A DNA stretch of 46,625 nucleotides from Candidatus Saccharimonadota bacterium. Lineage in GTDB: Bacteria > Patescibacteriota > Saccharimonadia > Saccharimonadales > Saccharimonadaceae. The stretch lies in contig JABCOE020000020.1 in NCBI GenBank assembly GCA_013333795.2, positions 1 through 46,625 of the forward strand. Direction: 5' to 3'. Made by a program: the position numbers and the translations under genes. Position 1 is the stretch's first letter, and every line of letters starts with the position of its first letter. Shown piece after piece: positions 29,021 to 35,945 of the stretch. The notes beneath the pieces are model-generated. The model ran no database searches. It was not told the DNA's origin and saw nothing but the letters and a program-made list of their open reading frames with translations.

Positions 29021-29668
29021 ATGGATATTCTGTATATAATTATTGTTTTGGTGGTGATATTTGTGTCGATGACGTTGCATGAATTAGCTCACGGCTTGGT
29101 GGCAAATAGTTTGGGTGATCGAACTGCGTATGATTTTGGCAGATTAACTTTGAATCCGATAAAACATATAGATCCGTATATGACTATATTACTGCCGATG
29201 ATAATAATTATCACAAACATGACGACTGGGGCTAGCGTGCCAATCTTTGGTGGTGCAAAACCAGTGCCTTTTAACCCAAGCAACATAAAGTATGGCGAGA
29301 TTGGAGTGGCATTGGTAGCTATAAGCGGTCCGTTAGTGAACTTCCTTTTAGCGTTTGTAGCGTACGCAATACTTGTAGTCTCTAAGGCCGAGGCAGGTTC
29401 TTTGTCGAGCTCTGTATTAACGGCTTTTACAATGGTGAATTTAGGGTTTTTTGCTTTCAATATAATTCCGATACCACCATTGGATGGATCGCGGGTACTG
29501 TATGCGCTTGCTCCTGATTTTGTGAGGAGTATTTTCGATACTATAGAGAGATATGGTGTTTTATTAATTTTTGCCATAGTTATGGTTGGCGGTTCGTTAA
29601 TGGTTACTTATATGAACTTTATAATCGTAAACATACTAAAAGGATTCTCTATCGTTTTTGGCGGGTAG
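29021..29668 (+). CDS. Site-2 protease (M50 family)
   Basis: HELAH, GRLTLNP, AISGP, FNIIPIPPLDG. Confidence 0.95.
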   Translation: MDILYIIIVLVVIFVSMTLHELAHGLVANSLGDRTAYDFGRLTLNPIKHIDPYMTILLPMIIIITNMTTGASVPIFGGAKPVPFNPSNIKYGEIGVALVAISGPLVNFLLAFVAYAILVVSKAEAGSLSSSVLTAFTMVNLGFFAFNIIPIPPLDGSRVLYALAPDFVRSIFDTIERYGVLLIFAIVMVGGSLMVTYMNFIIVNILKGFSIVFGG

Positions 29669-29686
29669 TCGTGGTACAATATAATT

Positions 29687-29827
29687 AGCCTCTTAGGCAC
29701 CAGCGTATATGATTTTCCTAACAAATCATTGATAGGGATCTCAATAGCAGTATTCTCGTGGGAATATTGTGAGAGAACCCACCTTGCAATAAGCGGGGAA
29801 TATCAGTCGCTAGCCTGGAGGCTTTTT
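29687..29827 (+). ncRNA. ssrS: Probable 6S RNA
   Basis: TGgTACAAT promoter 29672-29680; rod fold AGCCTC/GAGGCT with a central bubble 29720-29734 opposite 29781-29794 and an apical stem; 3' U-tract. Confidence 0.65.
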
Positions 29828-29842
29828 GTGATATAATTACGC

Positions 29843-30197
29843 TAGGCTATCGGGTAATCGCTGGTTCTTTACAGAACAAGAGGAAAGTCCGGGCAGCGTA
29901 GGACATGGCAGTCGCTAACGGCGACCAGAGGTAACTCTAGGGAAAGTGCCACAGAAACGATACCGCTATCTCAAATCTGCTTTAATGTACGATGACTGAT
30001 AGTAAGGGTGAAAAGAGCGGTGTAAGAGACCGTAGCCGACTATGGTGACATAGAAGGAGGGTAAACCCTGCCAGCTGCAAGGTGTATTATCGCATAAGTT
30101 GTTCGCTTGATAATACTAACATCCGCTTGAGCTGTACAGCAATGTACAGCCTAGATAGATGATTACCGATAACAGAACCCGGCTTATAGATAGCCTA
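29843..30197 (+). ncRNA. rnpB: RNase P RNA
   Basis: GAGGAAAGTCCGGGC, GAAAGTGCCACAGAAA, GGTAAACCC, ACAGAACCCGGCTTA; P1 TAGGCTATC/GATAGCCTA. Confidence 0.97.
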
Positions 30198-30238
30198 ATA
30201 AAAGACCGCTAGTTGATCTCGCGGTCTTTTATTAGGCT
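30192..30238. terminator. Bidirectional terminator (rnpB / rplT)
   Basis: 18-bp perfect inverted repeat AGCCTAATAAAAGACCGC/GCGGTCTTTTATTAGGCT. Confidence 0.85.
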
Positions 30239-30260
30239 TAAGTTCTAAGTAGAAGAACTT

Positions 30261-30608
30261 TTATTGCTTTGTTGCTTCTTTGACGATCTCAGAAAAAGCT
30301 TCCGGCTCGTTGACGGCTAGGTCAGCGAGGACCTTACGGTTGATTTCAATGTTGGTCGCGCGAAGACCTGCTATCAATTTGCCGTAGGTTGTGCCATTTT
30401 GGCGGGCAGCTGCATTGATACGAGTAATCCACAGGCTGCGCAGATCGCGCTTTTTGTTGCGGCGGTCGCGATATGCGTACTGCAAGGCGCGAATTACGGC
30501 TTGCTTAGCTAAGCGAAAGCTTCGGGTGCGGTTATGCTGCATTCCCTTGGCTAATTTTAAGGTCTTCTTATGTTTCGCCGAAGCGGCGCCTCCTCGTTTG
30601 ACTCGCAT
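30261..30608 (-). CDS. rplT: 50S ribosomal protein bL20
   Basis: [29 protein letters not shown]. Confidence 0.98.
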   Translation of the reverse strand: MRVKRGGAASAKHKKTLKLAKGMQHNRTRSFRLAKQAVIRALQYAYRDRRNKKRDLRSLWITRINAAARQNGTTYGKLIAGLRATNIEINRKVLADLAVNEPEAFSEIVKEATKQ

Positions 30609-30611
30609 ATA

Positions 30612-30806
30612 TTAGACTCCCAATGCTCGCTTAACGTTTTTTGCTATGCCGCCTTTAATAATAGCGCTGGTATTAATATTTCGCTTGCGCGACTTGCTTT
30701 TTTTGGATAGCATGTGGTTCCCGAATGCGCGGCGACGGGTAAGTTTGCCGGTACTGGTTAGCTTTATGCGCTTAGCAGTGCCCTTGTGGGTCTTCATTTT
30801 TGGCAT
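30612..30806 (-). CDS. rpmI: 50S ribosomal protein bL35
   Basis: MPKMKTHKGTAKR. Confidence 0.97.
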   Translation of the reverse strand: MPKMKTHKGTAKRIKLTSTGKLTRRRAFGNHMLSKKSKSRKRNINTSAIIKGGIAKNVKRALGV

Positions 30807-31312
30807 TATTTACTCCTTATTACTATGCTGAGATTTCTCCCGGCCATCGTTGGTTTTTGCTCGAGCGTAGCTTCGTCTTTTAGCTGTTCCATCATCTTGT
30901 CTATCAAGTCATAACCTAAGTTTTTATGGGCTATTTCTCGACCGCGGAAGAAAATAAGGATTTTTACTTTATGTCCGTCCGACAAGAAAGCGCGTATTTT
31001 GCGCAGCTTGATCCCTAGATCGTTACTACCGATTTTCAAACCAAATCGCATTTGCTTTAGCTCGTTGGCTTTATTATTGCGCCGTGCTTTTTGCTGCTCC
31101 TTCATCTTCTGATATTGATATTTTCCCCAATCAACAATCCTAGCTACAGGAGGGTTAGCTTTAGGCGATATTTCTACTAAATCAACGCCTGCTTTTTGTG
31201 CAATATCTAGAGCTTCTCTTAAAGACATAACGCCAAGCTGCTTACCGTCAGCCCCGATCACGCGAAGCTCATTGCTGCGGATAGCGTTATTTATGCGAGT
31301 TGAATTATTAAT
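30806..31312 (-). CDS. infC: Translation initiation factor IF-3 (ATT start)
   Basis: AAAGGAG then ATT AAT AAT..., giving RINNAIRSNELRVI in frame with ORF 31261; DLVEISP..PPVARI. Confidence 0.96.
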   Translation of the reverse strand: MNNSTRINNAIRSNELRVIGADGKQLGVMSLREALDIAQKAGVDLVEISPKANPPVARIVDWGKYQYQKMKEQQKARRNNKANELKQMRFGLKIGSNDLGIKLRKIRAFLSDGHKVKILIFFRGREIAHKNLGYDLIDKMMEQLKDEATLEQKPTMAGRNLSIVIRSK

Positions 31313-31396
31313 CGTAGTTCTCCTTTAGAACAGTTGTTTTACTGAGTCTATACTCGCTGTACATGGTAACAAATTACCGATAATAAATCAAGCTCG

Positions 31397-32917
31397 TTAT
31401 CGGTATTGGAGAGCTTCTGCAATATGTGCAGCTTGTATTTTGGCGCTATTATCTAGATCTGCAATAGTGCGGGCGACACGGATAATTTTGAAGTAGCTAC
31501 GCGGACTCAAGCTCAGTTTATCCGAAGCCTGTGACAACATATTTTTTGATTTCTCATCAAGTTTAGCAAACGTATTTATTTCTCTATTTGTTAAGTTGCT
31601 GTTGTATTTATCGCTACAATTGTATCTTATCGATTGGATATTGAGGGCACTCTGAATCAAGTCTGATGCAGTTTTATGTTGTTTACAAGACAACGAATTA
31701 TACGAAGACAATGTACTGTTCGGTACGCGCGAGACGTGTACGACTAAATCAATTCTATCCATAAGCGGACCCGATAGCTTGCGTTGATAATTAGCTATTT
31801 GCGCTGGAGTGCAGGAGCATTCTTTGGTTTGATCGCCAAAATACCCGCAAGGACAAGGGGTCATGGTAGCAACCAGCATAAAGTTAGCGGGGTAGGTGGC
31901 ACGCATACGCGATCTGGTAATAGTAACTTTCTTGTCTTCTAGGGGTTGTCTCAGGGCTTCAATAGACGAATGCGAAAACTCAGGTATTTCATCTAAGTAA
32001 AGTACTCCTAGGTGCGCTAGGCTAATCTCGCCAGGTTTCGGGCTTGATCCGCCGCCGATAAGCGATGTCTGGCTGGCTGTGTGGTGCGGGGAACGAAATG
32101 GACGCTGACGGATAATAGATTCTGTCGAGGAACCCTCTATGCTGTATATTTTTGTAGCTGCTAGCATTTCTTCAGGTGAGAGCGGAGGTAGCAGGTTGGG
32201 CAGGGTTTTTGCTAGCATTGATTTTCCGGCTCCTGGAGGTCCGGATAACAGTATATTATGATGTCCTGCCGCTGCGATTATGAGGGCGCGTTTTGCTTGT
32301 TCTTGACCGGCAACTTCATCGAGCAGGGTTTGTCTGTTGGGCTCGCTTTCTTCTGAATAAATGTGCGGACAAACAGCATCCTTGGTGATGATTTTTTCTT
32401 TCTTTAAGTGCAGGTAAAGCTGCTTGATATTATCTACAGGTATGATATTTATGCCGCCTACGAGAGACGCTTGATTAGCGTTATTAGAAGGTAAGTATAT
32501 AGTATTAATACCAGATTTTTTTGCGGTTTCGGCGATATTGATAGCGCCGCTAGTGGGGCGGATGTCTCCGTTGAGTGCTAGCTCGCCAGCAAATATAGAA
32601 TTTGCAACATCCTGTTCGCGGAGTTGTCCGGCTGATAACAAGATAGACAAGGCGATAGGTAGGTCATAATGTGTACCTTCCTTTGGAATTTCGGCAGGTG
32701 CAAGGTTGATAGTGATACGTTTAGTCGGGTATTCTAGGCCAGAATTGACGATGGCGCTGCGGACTCGTTCTTTAGATTCGTCGATTGATTTATTACCGAG
32801 ACCAACTATACGTATACTAGGCAGCCCATTTGATATGTCACTTTCTACTTCTACGATACTGCCATCGTATCCAACGGGTGAAACCGTAAGGATTTTAGCG
32901 GTTGATGCCATGACCAT
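31397..32917 (-). CDS. comM: YifB/ComM-family AAA+ ATPase
   Basis: ESKERVRSA, INLAPA, HNILLSGPPGAGKS, RSPHH, PGEISLAH, KVAR-like IIRVARTIADL, EALQYR. Confidence 0.93.
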   Translation of the reverse strand: MVMASTAKILTVSPVGYDGSIVEVESDISNGLPSIRIVGLGNKSIDESKERVRSAIVNSGLEYPTKRITINLAPAEIPKEGTHYDLPIALSILLSAGQLREQDVANSIFAGELALNGDIRPTSGAINIAETAKKSGINTIYLPSNNANQASLVGGINIIPVDNIKQLYLHLKKEKIITKDAVCPHIYSEESEPNRQTLLDEVAGQEQAKRALIIAAAGHHNILLSGPPGAGKSMLAKTLPNLLPPLSPEEMLAATKIYSIEGSSTESIIRQRPFRSPHHTASQTSLIGGGSSPKPGEISLAHLGVLYLDEIPEFSHSSIEALRQPLEDKKVTITRSRMRATYPANFMLVATMTPCPCGYFGDQTKECSCTPAQIANYQRKLSGPLMDRIDLVVHVSRVPNSTLSSYNSLSCKQHKTASDLIQSALNIQSIRYNCSDKYNSNLTNREINTFAKLDEKSKNMLSQASDKLSLSPRSYFKIIRVARTIADLDNSAKIQAAHIAEALQYR

Positions 32918-32982
32918 ATAGTTAAAAGTTAATCATACTATACGGATGATGTAAATAAGTGATATAATATCAAGAGTAACGT

Positions 32983-33378
32983 GGGGCTGATATAGCGTTC
33001 GACGTAGAGAATTTAACAGGTTGTTTTGCGTACCGACTTCTGACGTTATCAGAATTAATAGTTGCAAAATTTGCAAACAAAGCGAAGGCGTTTGTTTCAT
33101 CATTGATGCCACGACAGACAGCCTTTGCACTAGCTGCGTAATATTACTGGCAGCCGCATCCGCCTAGATTCTTGCTATAGGCTAGGTGTGTCATATCTAG
33201 CAAGATCGGTTAATTGATATTTCTGCTATATCATTAATTAAGATTTTAAGCAGATCGCTAGTTCGTATGTTTGTCTAGCTTTGAGCGGATAAGCGATTAT
33301 TTAACGAGTTAGACTATGTGCGTAGACAAACAACAGGTTACTCTGCGGACCCGGGGGCAGTACCCGGCAGCTCCCCCA
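32983..33378 (+). ncRNA. ssrA: tmRNA; tag ORF 33064-33141 (A)AKFANKAKAFVSSLMPRQTAFALAA*
   Basis: 5' GGGGCTGA..TTCGAC; 3' GGACCCGGG-GGCAGTA-CCCGG-CAGCTCC-C-CCA; ATAGTT|GCA resume context; ALAA end. Confidence 0.95.
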
Positions 33379-33391
33379 CATCGTTTGTTGT

Positions 33392-33412
33392 AGAGCCTTT
33401 CGAGCTCTTTTT
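33392..33412 (+). terminator. tmRNA terminator
   Basis: AGAGC-ctttcga-GCTCT-TTTT. Confidence 0.65.
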
Positions 33413-33424
33413 AATTTATGCGAT

Positions 33425-33525
33425 AAAAAAGAATGACTACCTGCGAGTAGTAGTCATTCTAATGGTTGTGGAGTTTTCTGAAGTGTTTATTTCTGGTTCC
33501 TGTATAATTTTTTTATTCAGGAACT
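33425..33525 (-). ncRNA. Candidate ~100-nt sRNA
   Basis: Minus-strand TTGACA(33560-33555)-17-TACTAT(33537-33532); 5' hairpin GTTCCTG/CAGGAAC; terminator AGAATGACTAC/GTAGTCATTCT plus U-tract. Confidence 0.6.
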
Positions 33526-33767
33526 ATCTCTATAGTAATGTGAAAATCTGCTTGTGTCAATGTTTTTTAGCAAGATTGCTAGGTAAAAAATACCACACTA
33601 GGTAACGGGATAATTGGAGTAAATAAATGTGTTTTATGCCTTGAAACGATACGCTAGATATGCCGATTTGTAATTCTATAAACATCGGTTAGCAACTAAC
33701 GACTGAATGTAGAGAGGGTTGTTTCTGGTGAATAGCTTAATAGAATTATCACCAGAAATTTTATCGT

Positions 33768-33999
33768 ATGGCGCAGGGAAATCTAACGTGTAAGGAATGC
33801 GGGGGCAAGGAAATCTGCACCTTAAGCTGTGGTGCTGGCAGCATAAATGTGGCTTCGGCAAAATAATTCTAGGCTTATCGCGCCCAAATGTTAGCGATTG
33901 GCTAAGGAGGCTCAGGCCAAGCTCTTCCGGCTTCACAGACAAGTTCTGAAAGGCGATACTGAAACTGGCGGTGACTCGTTTTTGACAGACGAAGCTTGA
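33768..33999 (+). pseudogene. Small Cys-rich ORF (MAQGNLTCKECGGKEICTLSCG..., 32 aa to 33866) with a probable decayed continuation
   Basis: CxxC-x5-C-x3-C; a shifted frame continues ..APKC*RLAKEAQAKLFRLHRQ..DEA* to 33999. Confidence 0.4.
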
Positions 34000-34082
34000 C
34001 GGTTAGAGATTGGTCATTGGCGCTGTTAGCCCAGTAGGTATTACGTATCTGTGCGTAAGTTGTATTGTGCCTATGAAAAAAA

Positions 34083-34247
34083 TTATGAATTAAGTTGTTG
34101 AATTTTTGTTTTTGCAGCTAAAGTATATTGTTGCTTGCATGCACATAACTCGACGTGCTGGGTTGTCTCTGATTCTGGTTCGTTGCTGGATTGTCTTTCT
34201 GTACATACGGTACATTGCAGGATAGATTATATAGTAGATTTTTTCAT
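34083..34247 (-). pseudogene. Decayed small CxxC...CxC protein
   Basis: MKKSTI*SILQCTVCTERQ..VELCACKQQYTLAAKTKIQQLNS*. Confidence 0.3.
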
Positions 34248-34683
34248 TGCGTGAATACCGACTTTTTATGATATTAATATAATTTTTGCCATGCTGTATG
34301 TATAGTTGTCGCATTTCGGATGTCATAAAATATACTGAAGATTTTGCTTAGTTTTATATAAACGTTAATTATATAAAGGATCTTTGAATACAAATAGTGT
34401 AATGAATTTTAATGAAAAATAGTTTGTGTAAACGTATCGCAGTTAGCTGTTTGTCATAAGTTAAATTCGCAGTGTAGAGCCTGATGTAGTGTTGTATTTT
34501 TTAAATTCGATATGATCTAAAGTCTATTTGTTGTAATAAATAATTAATAATAACTTGATAAAATAGCTATCATTGTAATTATTACACTGTAGATAAAAAC
34601 GCAACATTACAATAATAACAGAGGTACGTATAATAAAATAGTGAGCCGTAGTATAAATAACAATGTTTATATTACGATAGACG

Positions 34684-34712
34684 TTGACTTTTTATCATTG
34701 ATTTGCTATAGT
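34684..34712 (+). promoter_or_regulatory. sigma70 promoter with extended -10
   Basis: TTGACT-17-(TGc)TATAGT. Confidence 0.75.
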
Positions 34713-34718
34713 GTGAGT

Positions 34719-35060
34719 AAGCTTTTAGAAAAACAAAAAAAGCAAAACGATACCAACCAAATAAGCCTCCACAACAATAATCGACGGAAACTAGGTGGCG
34801 CCAAATAATTGTGGTTCCACCTAAGCTCCGCCTATTAAACAAAAAGGCGTTGAGCGCGCGATATGTGCGCGCATTACACACCTGATTAATCCTTGAGATT
34901 GCGATGTCAGTGACCATCAGGTGTGTGGTGCAGGTCCGCGCGATCGCAAGTCTTTTGCTCGCTAAGTGCGAGCGGTCAATCGGGCAAAAAGCAGTTGTTG
35001 CAGCGACCCTAATAGTTGTTTACAAAGGTGCTTCGTTATATTGCGACGCTGCTTTTGCCT
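34719..35060 (+). ncRNA. Candidate large structured ncRNA of unknown family
   Basis: Consecutive stems including a 16-bp helix 34871-34886/34916-34931 and a loop pseudoknot 34899-34905/34943-34949; G-U pairs favour the + strand; no + strand ORF. Confidence 0.65.
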
Positions 35061-35082
35061 CCTAGGTGTTATTATTTAAATC

Positions 35083-35463
35083 ATGTATAAACGCTTAATT
35101 GCATTTTTGATGTTTTTGGCGTTAGTGGTGTTGCTAGCGATAACGCAGACGACCGCGCCGTCTAAAGTTGGTCCGGCTATTGTAGTCGTTGTGTTTGTAT
35201 TAATATATATTTTTCTTACTTGCACATTGACTCTCTTGCTTCTATTTATAAACAAGATTGTGAGTAAGCATAAATCTGAGCCGTCTAAGCGGAGTGCTGA
35301 TGACATGTATACCTTAATGTATGGTGCAGTGTTAGCGTTGGCGCCGACTGTGATTGTTGCTGTGCAATCGATAGGACAGGTTCAAGCAGGTACGTATGTA
35401 TTAATTACGCTCTTTGTATTGTTGGCTCTTTTGTATGTTCGGCATCAGAAGCGTGTGAAGTGA
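35083..35463 (+). CDS. Hypothetical 4-TM membrane protein
   Basis: Four hydrophobic helices; TGtTATTAT 7 nt before the ATG. Confidence 0.8.
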   Translation: MYKRLIAFLMFLALVVLLAITQTTAPSKVGPAIVVVVFVLIYIFLTCTLTLLLLFINKIVSKHKSEPSKRSADDMYTLMYGAVLALAPTVIVAVQSIGQVQAGTYVLITLFVLLALLYVRHQKRVK

Positions 35464-35513
35464 GGACTGAGGCCTAGAAAAATTGTAAACGCATATGGTA
35501 TAATTTACTTAAT

Positions 35514-35942
35514 ATGGAACCGGGTATAAGAGAACAAGTTCCTGTGCAGAGAGAGGTGCTGCCGCAGAATAGTTACGAGACACCTACTTTTGGCATAGAT
35601 GGCGGTAATCTTGAGAAGCAAAATACTTCTAGAGAGGTGATGAATGCTGCTTCTGCAGAGGCTGTTGCTAATGCGGTTCCTCAAATTGTGCTACCTCAGC
35701 CAATTCCTATAGTTCAGCCAACCGTGGATCCTGGCGCTGCTCAGTCTGCGACATCTGATGACGCCGCAGCGCTGATAGCCAATGATGATGACCTTATTGA
35801 AAAGGAGTGGGTTGATAAAGCTAAGAAAATTATCGCAGAGACCAAAGACGACCCGTATCGTCGCGAGGTTGAGATCGGCAAACTTCAGATAGAATATATA
35901 AGGAAACGCTACGGGCGCGAAATAGGGAAAGTAGAGGATTAG
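35514..35942 (+). CDS. Acidic hypothetical protein with helical C-domain (DLIEKEWVDKAK..DDPY)
   Basis: Clean ORF with TGgTATAAT upstream; tightly coupled to the downstream ATPase gene. Confidence 0.75.
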   Translation: MEPGIREQVPVQREVLPQNSYETPTFGIDGGNLEKQNTSREVMNAASAEAVANAVPQIVLPQPIPIVQPTVDPGAAQSATSDDAAALIANDDDLIEKEWVDKAKKIIAETKDDPYRREVEIGKLQIEYIRKRYGREIGKVED

Positions 35943-35945
35943 GTA

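Noticed and set aside
34623..34650. dif-like site (GGTACGTATAA resembles the XerC arm)
   Set aside because: No TTATGTTAAAT-like XerD arm 6 bp downstream
34672..34917. Minus-strand 81-aa ORF over the structured RNA, and ORFs 33318-33605 and 33676-33942
   Set aside because: No recognisable protein features or initiation signals; they overlap tmRNA, terminators or RNA helices
34931..34950. SRP RNA (CAGGTCCG resembles the start of helix 8)
   Set aside because: The required GNRA loop and AGCAG of the SRP motif do not follow
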